A stretch of DNA of 64,000 bases, from positions 32,008 to 96,007 of the forward strand of contig JBNKBE010000008.1 in the NCBI GenBank assembly GCA_050287085.1, in the 5' to 3' direction. This document shows, piece after piece, positions 10,207 through 20,700 of this stretch (positions are counted from its first letter, which is position 1; each line of letters begins with the position of its first letter). The notes below the pieces were generated by a model. It was not told the origin of the DNA, ran no database searches, and saw only the letters and a program-made list of their open reading frames with translations. This DNA comes from Polyangiaceae bacterium. Lineage in GTDB: Bacteria > Myxococcota_A > Polyangia > Polyangiales > Polyangiaceae. Position numbers and translations under genes: made by a program.

Positions 10207-12864
10207 CTACGTCTTGGCTGGCTTCTCGGCGAGGACGGCATCGCGCACGGCGAAGCTACCGAGTTCCAGCGTGTCGTCGGCCAGGGTCGAGTGAGCGGCG
10301 ACCTTGGCGGCGAGCAGCACGTCGGAGAGGACGAGCGCGGCGGCCGCGAGGCTATCGGGGTGAGCGAGCAGGGTCAGACCCGTAACGCCTCGTCCCGCGG
10401 AGCCACCCAAGTCGGTCTTCGCCTTGTTGATCGCCGCAAAAGCGCTGGCCGCCAGGGCAAAAGAGGTGGGCTCCGCTGGAACACTCGCGTCGAGTTCCTC
10501 AACACTCGGCCAGGCCGCTCGATGAATGCTGCTCACACCCGTTTCCTGAGCGAAGCACCAACCCCAGATCTCGTCGGTGATGTAGGGCAGAATCGGGGCG
10601 AAGAGTCGCAGCAGCACCGAAAGGCCAAGCCGCAGGGTGCTCAGTGCGGAGCCTCGCGCGGAGGCTTCAACATCTTCGGCGGCCCAAGCTCGGGGCTTCG
10701 AAAGCTCGATATAGACATCGGTAAATTGAGACCAGAAGAAGGTTTCGGTCTGCTCTAGAGCCTGCGCGTAGCGGAATGCTTCAAGATGCTCCGTGACCGT
10801 TTCAACGAGTCCGCGCAGACGTGCGACGAAGGCACGGTCCAGTTCAGCCTCGATCGGGTGCAGCTCACCGCCCTGCGCCAGAACGAACTTGGCCGCATTG
10901 TATAACTTGGTGACCAGGCGCTTGCCGATCTTGAAGACCTGCGGGTCGAAGGCGGTGTCCGCGCCGAGCCGTGCGCTGGCTGCCCAATAGCGGACAGCGT
11001 CGACGCCCCACTCGTCCAGGAGCGCCGTGGGAACTACGACGTTTCCCTTGCTCTTGGACATCTTCTTGCGATCTGGATCGAGGATCCAGCCGGATATCAT
11101 CACGTGGTGCCACGGCACCTGGTTGTCGTGCAGCAGCGCCTTGGCGATAGTGTAGAACGCCCAGGTGCGGATGATCTCGTGGCTTTGGGGGCGAATGTCG
11201 GCCGGAAATAGCTTAGCGTGCCGAGCCGCGTCCAGGCCCCATTGAGAGCTGATCTGTGGCGTCAGCGAGCTTGTAAACCACGTGTCGAAGATATCCGGTT
11301 CACCCGTGAAGCCGCCTGGCTGGTCGCGAGTGGCTTCGGCATAGCCCGGCGGCGCGTCGGACATCGGGTCGATGGGGAGGCTTTGCGCATCCGGCACGAT
11401 CGGGTGTGCGTAGTCGATCTGACCGGAGCCATCGAGCGGATACCAAATGGGGATCGGGACCCCAAAGTAGCGCTGTCGGGAGACGCACCAATCGAGACCC
11501 AGGTTCTCGGTCCAGTCCCGGAAGCGCACGTGCATGAAGTCCGGGTGCCATTGAATCTGGGCGCCTTTTTCCAGGAGCTCTTTCTTCTTGTCCAGCAAGC
11601 GGACGAACCATTGCCTCGTGGATAAGATCTCTAGGGGGCGTTCCCCTTTTTCAAAGAACTTGACCTGGTGTTCGATGGGCTCAGGCTCCTTCTGAAGCGG
11701 TGCGCCTTTGCCGGTGGCGCTGCCGCGCTCTTCACGCAGCGCCGTGACGACGAGACTGCGCGCCGTACTGGTCGTCTTGCCGATGAGTGCGGCGTAGTAC
11801 TCGTTGGCGAGTTCCGGCTTCAACGAGGCGAAGTCACCCTCGCCGAAACGCACCTCGCGCAGTCGCCCGTCTTTGCCGAGCAGCTGCCGGAGCACGAGGT
11901 TCTGTTCGCGCCACCACAGTGCGTCTGTTTGGTCGCCGAAGGTACAGACCATGAGGATGCCTGTGCCCTTGCTCGGATCGGCAAGCGAGCTGGGAAAGAT
12001 GGGGACCGGGGCATGAAAGAGCGGTGTTACTGCGTTCTTGCCAAAGAGGTGGCGATAGCGTTCGTCGTCCGGGTGGGCCGTGACGCCCACACACGCCGGT
12101 AGCAGTTCCGGGCGGGTGGTTGCGATGACAAAGGATTCGCTGCTGCCTTCGACGGCGAACTCGATGTGGTGGTAGGCCGAGGGGCGCGGTCGGTCTTCGA
12201 CTTCCGCCTGGGCCACGGCGGTTTGGAAGTCGACGTCCCACATCGTCGGAGCCCACTTCTGATAGGCGTGCCCTTTGGTGAGCAAGTCGAGAAAGGAAGC
12301 CTGTGCTTGCTTGCGACAGTGGTCGTCGATGGTAGCGTAGGTCTGGCGCCAATCGACCGAAAGCCCAAGACGCCGAAACAGTGCCATGAAGGCCTGTTCA
12401 TCTACGGCGGTGAGCTGGTGGCAGAGTTCGATGAAGTTCTTGCGCGACAACAACTGCGGACGCTCCTTGAGCTCCGCCTTGGTCGCTTCCTGGAGCGCAA
12501 GGCCTTCAACGTAAGGCACTTGTGGCTCGCAGCGTACGTGATAGAAATTCTGCACGCGGCGTTCCGTGGGTAGACCATTGTCGTCCCAGCCCATGGGATA
12601 GAAGACGTTCACGCCACGCATTCGCTTGTAGCGGGCGATCAAGTCGGGGTGCGTGTAGGAGAAGACGTGACCGACGTGAAGCGAGCCGGACACCGTCGGC
12701 GGGGGCGTGTCGACAACAAAGGTCTCCTCGCGCGGCCGTGTCGGGTCGTAGTGGTACAGGCCTTCGGTCTGCCACAGGGCGTCCAGGCGCTGCTCCGCCA
12801 GCTGGCTGTCAAAGTGCTTGGGCAAGCGGTCCGGGTCGATCGTCGTTGCGTTTCGAGCGGTCAT
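10207..12864 (-). CDS. valS: Valine--tRNA ligase, short type 2 form lacking the C-terminal coiled coil
   Basis: DTPPPTVSGSLHVGH, GWDDNGLPTE, ATTRPEL, DWCVSRQR, KMSKSKGN. Confidence 0.95.
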   Translation of the reverse strand: MTARNATTIDPDRLPKHFDSQLAEQRLDALWQTEGLYHYDPTRPREETFVVDTPPPTVSGSLHVGHVFSYTHPDLIARYKRMRGVNVFYPMGWDDNGLPTERRVQNFYHVRCEPQVPYVEGLALQEATKAELKERPQLLSRKNFIELCHQLTAVDEQAFMALFRRLGLSVDWRQTYATIDDHCRKQAQASFLDLLTKGHAYQKWAPTMWDVDFQTAVAQAEVEDRPRPSAYHHIEFAVEGSSESFVIATTRPELLPACVGVTAHPDDERYRHLFGKNAVTPLFHAPVPIFPSSLADPSKGTGILMVCTFGDQTDALWWREQNLVLRQLLGKDGRLREVRFGEGDFASLKPELANEYYAALIGKTTSTARSLVVTALREERGSATGKGAPLQKEPEPIEHQVKFFEKGERPLEILSTRQWFVRLLDKKKELLEKGAQIQWHPDFMHVRFRDWTENLGLDWCVSRQRYFGVPIPIWYPLDGSGQIDYAHPIVPDAQSLPIDPMSDAPPGYAEATRDQPGGFTGEPDIFDTWFTSSLTPQISSQWGLDAARHAKLFPADIRPQSHEIIRTWAFYTIAKALLHDNQVPWHHVMISGWILDPDRKKMSKSKGNVVVPTALLDEWGVDAVRYWAASARLGADTAFDPQVFKIGKRLVTKLYNAAKFVLAQGGELHPIEAELDRAFVARLRGLVETVTEHLEAFRYAQALEQTETFFWSQFTDVYIELSKPRAWAAEDVEASARGSALSTLRLGLSVLLRLFAPILPYITDEIWGWCFAQETGVSSIHRAAWPSVEELDASVPAEPTSFALAASAFAAINKAKTDLGGSAGRGVTGLTLLAHPDSLAAAALVLSDVLLAAKVAAHSTLADDTLELGSFAVRDAVLAEKPAKT

Positions 12865-12967
12865 GAGGTGTCGCCTCATACCCAAATTGCCGATCCAAGA
12901 CGACCCTCTTCACATCACCGGGCCGGCCCGTTCGACGTGGGTGCAAGCGGCGATGCAAGCGGGCGCG

Positions 12968-14977
12968 CTATCGGATCTTGGGCGAACTCGGCCAAGACCC
13001 TCTGCGACGTCGCAGTCCCGCAGCGCAGAGGCTGGCGGCCAGCAGCAGCGATGGGCCGAGCGCGGAACTGGCTCCGACGGCCGCGCTACAGCTGGCGGCG
13101 GCTCTTGGCGGCGGGAGATCGACCTGACGGCGGGCGGCTTCAGGGGCCAAGTACTGCGGGGTGCCGGCGTCGCGGTCCAAGGTGTCCAGCGGGGGATCGA
13201 GGCGGGCGCTAGGACCCGCGACCGTGGCATCGGGCGTCTCGAATTGCGGGGGGGCGTCGTCGGTGAGCGGCTCTGGCGGGTCGTTCATCCAGGGCTCGAG
13301 AGGCTTGGCCTTCGGCTCGTCGTCGTCGCCCGGAGTGGCGCCGGCGGGCTGCTCAGGGGGCGCGGGTGCGCCGGCGTCTTCGGGCACTTGTTGTGGCTCG
13401 GCTGGGGCGGGCTCCGGAGCGGGGCCGGCGTCCGGCGTAGCGCTCGGGGCCGGGGTCGTGGTCGGTGGTTCGGGCGCTGGCGGCTCCGGGATTGTGCCGG
13501 GCAGGCCACCGTCAGAGGCAGCTGGGGGCTGCGGGAGGGGGGGCGCGGACGCGTCCGCTCCAGGCTGGGGGGCTGAGGTGCCGCTGGGAGGGAGGGGTGC
13601 CGCGGCCGCCCAGCCCAGGTCAAGGAGTGCTCCAACCGCCACGCCCAGGGACGGGATGCCCGTTCCGAGAATCGGTTCCATCAGCAGCTCCGACGATGCG
13701 GGAGGGGCCACCGCCAGCTGCGCGATCGGCGCCCAGTGGGAGACGGACGAACCCGGCTGGACGGGAAAGGGGGTGTGGAGGAGCAAGCGCCCGTCGGAGC
13801 CTCGACCTCGGGCTTGCGGTGCCGCAAAGAGCCGTACAACGGCGGAACCGGTGGCCATCCCATCTCGGAGTCTGGCGCCATCGTCTGCGGTGAGTCGCAA
13901 GGCTGGAATGGAGACGGTGCTAGCACCGAGCATGCCGCCGGGGGGAGAGGCCGCTACGATATTGTGGATTAGGGCCGCCGCGCCTCCCGCGTCTTCGACG
14001 TGGCTCACCTTCGTGACGAAAGAGCAATCGCCGCGTGCGACCAGGACGACGCTACCCGGTGCAACCGGGGTGATCGGCTCACAGGCGGTCGCCGGCTCGG
14101 CAGCGACCAATGTTCCCACTACCTCCCGCTCGTGAAGACTCGGCCCAAAGCTGGCCGTGTCGACCACGCCTGTGAAACCCGGGGGCGTTGGGGTCACCGC
14201 GAGCGCTGCTGTCCAGGTCTCCAAACTGCTGGCCGCGGCGTTGGCGAGCTCTCCCGTCCAAACCACGCGCCGCGTATTGGTAGCGGAGCGGGCCCTCTGG
14301 TTCTGGTCGAGCGAAGGCCAGGCGAGGCCCGCGTCCAGGTCAAAGATGCGTCGAGAAAATGCGTCGGGGGTTGCGCCGAGGAACGAGCCGGACGTCTCAT
14401 CGACGTAGCTGGCGACTCCGAGCCCGTGTCCGAGCTCGTGGAGGGCGACCGCGAGGAGGTCGATGGTGCCGGGAGGGGGTTGATGGTCGAGCCCGTAGTA
14501 GAAGCGCGCACCGGGCAGGCAGTCGTCGGTGTCCACCAGGGCATTGAACTGAGCGATGATGTCAGCCTCGCCCGGATCGAGGTCAGCCCCTGCGAGGCTG
14601 TCTGCCAGGGCGCCCGGGTACCAGGTATTCGTTTCCGCGACTCCGCTGAAGTTGCGAAACACCATGGTGGCGCCCGCTGAGCCGAGCACGACTGAGTTGG
14701 AGCAGGGCAGCGACGCGAAACTCGCGTCGAAGTGTATCGCTACTTCCGACTGAAGCTGCTCACTCCAGCGGCGCGCCGCCTCGAGCAGCACGTTGCGCCG
14801 CTGCTCGCCCAGGGTGGCGCCGGTGTTTCCGCCTTCCGCTCGGGTTGCTTGCGGGTCGTTCAACCCTTGTCCGTCAGGGTCGAGATCGTGTAGCTCGAAC
14901 GTGACCCCGGCGCGGGCCGCGAACGACAGGCTGACGAAGAGAAGAGTCGCCGCATTGAGAAGGCGCTTCGCTACCAC
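12968..14977 (-). CDS. Secreted zinc metalloprotease with PA domain and MYXO-CTERM-like anchor
   Basis: Signal peptide; VALHELGHGLG; PA motif VLVARGDCSFVTKV; SSVSHW...LLMEP; Pro-rich stalk; tail SC...LLLAASLCAAGLRRRR. Confidence 0.82.
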   Translation of the reverse strand: MVAKRLLNAATLLFVSLSFAARAGVTFELHDLDPDGQGLNDPQATRAEGGNTGATLGEQRRNVLLEAARRWSEQLQSEVAIHFDASFASLPCSNSVVLGSAGATMVFRNFSGVAETNTWYPGALADSLAGADLDPGEADIIAQFNALVDTDDCLPGARFYYGLDHQPPPGTIDLLAVALHELGHGLGVASYVDETSGSFLGATPDAFSRRIFDLDAGLAWPSLDQNQRARSATNTRRVVWTGELANAAASSLETWTAALAVTPTPPGFTGVVDTASFGPSLHEREVVGTLVAAEPATACEPITPVAPGSVVLVARGDCSFVTKVSHVEDAGGAAALIHNIVAASPPGGMLGASTVSIPALRLTADDGARLRDGMATGSAVVRLFAAPQARGRGSDGRLLLHTPFPVQPGSSVSHWAPIAQLAVAPPASSELLMEPILGTGIPSLGVAVGALLDLGWAAAAPLPPSGTSAPQPGADASAPPLPQPPAASDGGLPGTIPEPPAPEPPTTTPAPSATPDAGPAPEPAPAEPQQVPEDAGAPAPPEQPAGATPGDDDEPKAKPLEPWMNDPPEPLTDDAPPQFETPDATVAGPSARLDPPLDTLDRDAGTPQYLAPEAARRQVDLPPPRAAASCSAAVGASSALGPSLLLAASLCAAGLRRRRGSWPSSPKIR

Positions 14978-15417
14978 GTGCTATCCTCTCCGGGTGGCGG
15001 CGCAAGCGAAGGCGCCTCGGCTGGGAGCGATTGGGCCGGGAGTGGTTTAGCGTTCCGATCGTCGGCGGGTTCGCTCTTCCAGTGGAGGGAGGGGGCATCG
15101 CTGCTCGTCAGCTTGTCCGCCAGACGGTGGGTCGCCGCGGCCAATAGTTCCCGGCGGACCCGGGGCGCTAGGTCTTCCGTTGTCACAACCGATTGGAAGC
15201 GGCCGCTCAACGCCAGCTGGTTGGCCTCTTTCACCACAGCGGGTTCGGCTGTAGGAAGGCGGCGGCTCTGGCGCTCTTCAACCGGCACCGTCAGCCCGAT
15301 GGGCTTTGGGTGAGAGGCGCGTTCAAAGCGAGGTGCCGTTGCGTCGTCGCGATGGGAACAAGCTCCCAGCAGCGACGCAGAAAGTAGGCAACAATAAGCG
15401 GTTCGGACGCGAGCCAT
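14971..15417 (-). CDS. Hypothetical lipoprotein
   Basis: LLSASLLGAC lipobox; overlaps the protease start. Confidence 0.6.
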   Translation of the reverse strand: MARVRTAYCCLLSASLLGACSHRDDATAPRFERASHPKPIGLTVPVEERQSRRLPTAEPAVVKEANQLALSGRFQSVVTTEDLAPRVRRELLAAATHRLADKLTSSDAPSLHWKSEPADDRNAKPLPAQSLPAEAPSLAPPPGEDSTW

Positions 15418-15519
15418 CGCTCCATGAACGGCTTGACGACGGGATGCTTGAACTCAGGCTCCTGCGCTTCCTAGGCAGGGCGCCTCCGCGGGGTGTGTTC
15501 CGCGGGCGACAAGCGGCGA

Positions 15520-16098
15520 CTATCCGATGATATTCAGGCGCTGCAGGCGCGTGAGGGCCGCGAGCACCGAAGCGTCGGTGTCGATGGCGGGCAGCTGCGA
15601 TAGGCGCACCCAGCGGGCGTCGAGCGCGTCCGAGCCCGGTCTGGGCTCAGCGTCTCGACTGCAGAAGACATAACGCACATCGAAGTGTTCGTGGCTGGCT
15701 TCGTGGCGTTCGTCGCCGGGGGCGCCGCGCGGAGGGATCGCGTGGATATCGAGATGCACTATGTCCTGCGACAAAGGCGACAGATCCGAAAGGCCCGTTT
15801 CCTCGCGGGCTTCGCGGGTGGCTGCGGCCAGCAGTGACGGATCACTGCTGTCGATGTGCCCTCCGGGCTGCAGCCAACGCCCCAGCTTGGAGTGAAAGAT
15901 GAGCAGCAGGTGTTCAGCCGATGGGGATATTACGAAGGCTGAGGCCGTGATGTGCCCCGGCGCGCATTGCTTCCGATCAAAAGGCGTATCAGTAGCGGCC
16001 ACGAGGTCTAGGGTGCGAGAGACAATCGTTCTGTCCGGGGCTGGCTGCGCGCTGCCGTAGCGCTCGATTTGGAGTAGCGCTTGTGCCCGGTCGATCAT
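15520..16098 (-). CDS. NUDIX hydrolase
   Basis: GHITASAF, WLQPGGH, AATREAREETGL (Nudix box), HFDVRY. Confidence 0.92.
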   Translation of the reverse strand: MIDRAQALLQIERYGSAQPAPDRTIVSRTLDLVAATDTPFDRKQCAPGHITASAFVISPSAEHLLLIFHSKLGRWLQPGGHIDSSDPSLLAAATREAREETGLSDLSPLSQDIVHLDIHAIPPRGAPGDERHEASHEHFDVRYVFCSRDAEPRPGSDALDARWVRLSQLPAIDTDASVLAALTRLQRLNIIG

Positions 16099-16135
16099 GG
16101 TGCTTCCTTAACACGCGTCGCTGTGAGCGGGAACG

Positions 16136-16612
16136 CTACGTCGCGGCGGGGGGGAGGACCACGAGCCGCTGCGAGAGGCCATCCTCGGCCCAGATGACGT
16201 CGCTGAACACAGCTTCGATGATGCCTTGCCCCATGCCCCCAGCGCTCGGCGTGTTGGGAAGTTTCCCCTGGCGCGCCTCTGGAGGGCAGGGCGTGCCGGT
16301 CCAAGCTAGGAGCAGCTCCATTCGAGGACCGCTTTCCAAGACCTTCAGCGTCACCGTACCTCCGCGACGACTCGATGGCGGAGCAAGGGAGCGCCGTCGT
16401 ACTTCATCAAGGTAGGCGGATAGGTCTTCTTCGCGACCGTCGGACGTCACGCCCAATACGCCGTGCACGAGCGCGTTGGTGATCGCCTCTGTCAAGCCGA
16501 GTTCGAGCAAGCCCGGGTCGACCCAAGTGGGCGCTCTAGCCATCACCCAGGCGACCCCGCGGGGGATCTCGTCGAGCTGCGTGCTCAGCGTGATGACGTC
16601 CGCGCCTTTCAT
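16136..16612 (-). CDS. RsbW/SpoIIAB-like anti-sigma ATP-binding protein
   Basis: LTEAITNALVHG (N-box) and GGMGQGII (G2-like); ATGA overlap with the upstream phosphatase. Confidence 0.78.
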   Translation of the reverse strand: MKGADVITLSTQLDEIPRGVAWVMARAPTWVDPGLLELGLTEAITNALVHGVLGVTSDGREEDLSAYLDEVRRRSLAPPSSRRGGTVTLKVLESGPRMELLLAWTGTPCPPEARQGKLPNTPSAGGMGQGIIEAVFSDVIWAEDGLSQRLVVLPPAAT

Positions 16613-17733
16613 GTTCGCTCCAGCACGATCAAGGTGGCATCGTCGGCAATGCTCGGACCTTGGATGCTTGTTAGGTGCTGTTCGAGCTCCAAGCTGGTCC
16701 AGCTCTGGACTTGAGGCTCATTCAGTCGAAAACGGGAGATGGTCCCGCGCGTGTCGTCCGGTGTGGAAAAGGGTTCCGTTAGACCGTCGCTTACGATGAT
16801 CACACGGTCGCCCTGGGTCACTGTGAGCTCGATCACGTTGTACTCTGCGTCCCGGAACATTCCTGGGGGAAATCCGCAGCCGGCTACTTCTGTAGCGTTG
16901 CCGTTGGTGCTCATGACGACCACTGGTGGTAAGCCGGCGTTGACAATGCGCACGCGATCGTTGTTGGTCTCGACGACGGCTAGGCAAGCGTATTTCCCGA
17001 GTTCGCGATCGACCATGCGGTTGTTCAGGATTGCGATGGCTTCCTGCAACGGGTATTGCCCAAGCAGATTGCGAAGCCCTATCCGCGTTTCAGCGGCCAC
17101 CAATGCGGAGGCCGTGCCATGGCCAGATACGTCGATGAGGGTTGTGAAGCGCTGGCCATTGGCTGCGCCGAAGAGGTCGAACACGTCGCCGGCAACCTGA
17201 CCCGAGGGGACGACTCCGCCCATAGCGGTCCAGCCCGGCCATGCTGCGGGCATGCTCGGTAGCTGCGCGCGCTGCACGGCCTGAGCTTCCGCGAGTTCTA
17301 GTCGTAGTGCATCTCGTTCGCTGGCCGCGCCAGCCGCGATGTGATCGGCTCGCGCCTTGATGATCGAACGGATCCGGGCCAATAGGATGCGAGAATCGAC
17401 GGGCTTGTTGATGTAGTCGTCGGCGCCTGCGGCTAGCGCGGTATCGATGTCGTCCGATTCAACCGACGCGGTGAGCACGATGATGGGCAAGTCCTCGGTT
17501 TCGGGACGAGCCCGCAGCAGACGTATTACCTCACCCCCGTTCATTCCTGGCATCATGTAGTCGAGCAGCATCAGACTCGGCAACTTGGCGCCAACGGCCG
17601 CTAGCGCGTCCGCGCCGTTCTTCGCTTTGCGTACCATGAACCCGGCGCGAGCCAACAACGTGCCGTACAGCAGGAGATTGCTGTCGCTGTCGTCGACGAC
17701 CAGGATTTCGTGTTGTGCTGAGACTATTTCCAC
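16609..17733 (-). CDS. Response regulator + SpoIIE/PP2C phosphatase (RsbU/RsbY-like)
   Basis: ILVVDD, LLDYMMPGMNG, DYINKP; VAGDVFD, IDVSGHG, NAGLPP, SDGLTE, DDATLI. Start estimated at GTG 17733. Confidence 0.9.
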   Translation of the reverse strand: MEIVSAQHEILVVDDSDSNLLLYGTLLARAGFMVRKAKNGADALAAVGAKLPSLMLLDYMMPGMNGGEVIRLLRARPETEDLPIIVLTASVESDDIDTALAAGADDYINKPVDSRILLARIRSIIKARADHIAAGAASERDALRLELAEAQAVQRAQLPSMPAAWPGWTAMGGVVPSGQVAGDVFDLFGAANGQRFTTLIDVSGHGTASALVAAETRIGLRNLLGQYPLQEAIAILNNRMVDRELGKYACLAVVETNNDRVRIVNAGLPPVVVMSTNGNATEVAGCGFPPGMFRDAEYNVIELTVTQGDRVIIVSDGLTEPFSTPDDTRGTISRFRLNEPQVQSWTSLELEQHLTSIQGPSIADDATLIVLERT

Positions 17734-17779
17734 CGACTTACAACGGCCAACGGCCGGCTGCGGGAATTCTTCAAGCCGA

Positions 17780-20700
17780 TCAGCGTTCCGGTGCAGGCGC
17801 GGAGGCGGAAATCGCAGGCGTTGGGGTGAGAGGCCGTGTTGTCGCTTCGGGGAGTGGCGTGCGCGGCGGAGCGGGTTGGGCGACACGCGGAGGGTCGGCG
17901 GGAGCCGGTCCAAGCGATAGGGTTGTCGCGCCACCACAAGCGAGCCGGGCCGGAAGCCCCCGCGATTGCCACTGCCCGGGTGAGATGCCGAGGCGCACGT
18001 AGCGGGGGCCGCATCGCACTTTCAACCAGCGATTGGTCCGCCCCGCATGGCGACCGTGTACATATACGTTGCTCTCGATCGGGGAGCGGACCATCAGCCA
18101 GCCCTCGTTGGCGTCGAGCTGCAAACCGCCGCCGTCGTCGTCTGGCTCCGGCTCGCGGCTGCCCGCCAGCCCCGAGTCTTCGGCTGAGGCGGCGGCCAGG
18201 CCGCCGGCGCTGCTCGAAGCGTCCGATGAGGTCCCTGGGACGGGCTGTGCTCTCGGTTCGCCCGGACCCGCGCGCAAGCCGCCGGTCCGCTCGTGGGGCG
18301 CTGCCCCCTGAGCGCTTTGCTGCGCGGTAGCGACTGACTTCTGCCCTGGGTTCGCTCTACGGACCAGCTCGCGGACCAGCTCAGGATGTCGAACCAAGGT
18401 GTAGGCTAGGGCGGCCGCAGCGGCCAGCGCCAAGAATAGGACCCAGCGCGCGGCCGAGCGACGCTTCCGAGGCGGCGCGAACTCCGCATCGAAGTCCGCA
18501 TCGAAGTCCACTGCGGGGTCCACAGCGGGGTCCACAGCGGGGTCCACAGCGGGCTCCGACGCCAGGGGCGCGAAGCGCGAGGAGGTTGGAGCGTCGCTTG
18601 GGGCTCCGAGGGCGGTCTCGATGGCGCTCGTGTTCCCGGCGTCCGATGCAGGGGCGGCGGGCGCGGCTATTGCCTCGGGAGCAGGCTCCGGCTCCGGGCG
18701 CGGAGGAGGGGCGAGACCGATCCGCGTTGCGCCGAAGCGATGGGGCGTTACGGGGGCAATCTCAAGTCCGGCGGCGATGAGCGAGTCGTCCAACACCTCA
18801 TCGCCGGCCTGATCGGCGAAACTGAGCGGGCTCTCCGCGCCTTCGAGCTCGGGGGCAAGCGGCCCGTCAGCGGTGGGGTCGGAGGCGGACGAAAGCGACA
18901 CGAACTCGCTCGCTTGGGCGAGCTCGTCGGGGCTTTCCGACCTAGGTGCGCCCGCCCTCAGGTCGCTATTGGGTTTTGGTGGTGGCTGGGCGCTTGTGAC
19001 GCGCGGCGGCGGCTCGCCCGAATCGGGGGGGGGCTTGGGACCTGTTAGGGAAATGATGCCCAGACCCCGGATCTTGGTGGGCGGCTCGTCCCCGGGCGGG
19101 GCGACGCCGCGTGTGGGCAAGTCGCGTGTGGGCAAGTCGGGCGGGGTCGGCGCGGCGTGGGGGGCGCCCGGCTTGGCGGGGGCTCGGCTCGAGGGGGCAA
19201 GCGAGTTTCCCGGGCGCTCGCCACTTTCGGGAACCTCGTTCTTTTCTTCGAAGCCCAGTTCCTCAAAGCTGAGTGAGGACGGCGCGGTTGGGCTCTCGCT
19301 GGGTCGCAGCTGCCCTTGCTCAGCGCTCGAAGCCTCGTCGTCCGGCGAGAGTGCCGACTCCCTCGGGGCGTCTGCGTACGGGGCCGGGAACCGCTCACCT
19401 GCGGCCAGCGGCGGCGCTGAGGTGATGACTTGGTGGGCGGCGAAGGCTGGGTTGTGCTGGTCGGACGCCATCCGCCGCGGCAGGTCGAGGCGCGTTTGCG
19501 GAGCGGGCTTTGTCGAGCTTCGGGCGCTGTCCATGCGGGCTGCACCGTCCGGGCTTGTACCGCGTGCGCTCGCTCTGTCGGAGTCCAAGTCCGGCGGGCT
19601 TGTCGTCGAGCCCGGCGCGATGCTGGACAGCGCCGAGGCCCGGGCTCCGACCGAGCTCTGCCCAGGCGGTCGGTGCATCTGCGGCACAGCGCTTTGGCGG
19701 TGGCGCGGCAGCGTCGGCAAGGTCGGTAGGGTGGGCCGCTCGAGATCGGTATGGGCTTCTTCAAGAGCGCGACGCTCTTTGGACACCGGGCGCGAGCGCA
19801 GCCCAGCGGGTCGGCTGAGGAGATTCGCCCGAGGGCGGGCCGAGCGCGTGGCCCCCACGGGTGGGGCTGAGCCCGTGCCCGGCAGTGCGCTGTCCCGAGC
19901 GGCAGGGCTCGAGGGGGTACTATCCCTGGTCGGTCGTGGCGATACGGCCATGCCTGGCGCTCGCGACATGGACACCGGCATCGGAATACGGAACGGCGCC
20001 GTGGCTCGCGGGGGCACGCTCGCTGACGCGGGCGCTTTGAGGTCGAGGCTCAAGAACCCTTCCTGCCACAGCTGCAGATCCGTTCCCAAACCGTCGAGAA
20101 TCTGCACGGCAAACCCCGGGGGCACGTGCGGTCGCCCCTGCATTCCGTACCCTCGCGTCCAAACGACCCGCCCCTCCAAGCGCACGCGGCGATTGGCTGC
20201 CGGGGGATGCAGCTCCAACCAGACGCGGTCTCCTGGCGGCGCAAGGGTGCGAACGAAGAGACCGTGCTCGCTGACGCTGTAGGTGTAGCCAGCGTCGTCC
20301 TCTTCGTCTCCGGGGGCCCGAAAGAAGACCGTGCCGCCATGCAGCGCGCGCACGCCAGCTCGTCCCGATGACGGCGGCTCCGGATAGACCAGGTTCATCC
20401 CAAATAGGACATTCTCCGGCGGTCCATGAGACGACAACGTTACGGCGTGGTCGAAAGGCGCGACGTCGTCCCGGATTGCGGGCAGATCTCGCTGACGCGA
20501 GAGCACGACCCAGCGCAACTCTGGGTGGGCGCGTAGGGTTTCGGCCAACAAAGGGCGCGGCGCTTCCAGGTCGGCGTTGAAGACAACTACGCGATGCGCG
20601 GGCTCATCCTGGTATGGCAGGCGTTGCAGTTGCTCGCGCAGCGCTGCACCGGACGCGACCCGCAGTACATCGTAGTCCGCGTGTTGGAGCACCCGCTGCA

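Noticed and set aside
16609..17733. Slightly lower GC in the REC-PP2C gene as a sign of transfer
   Set aside because: Similar GC appears in core genes here, and no mobility signatures are present.
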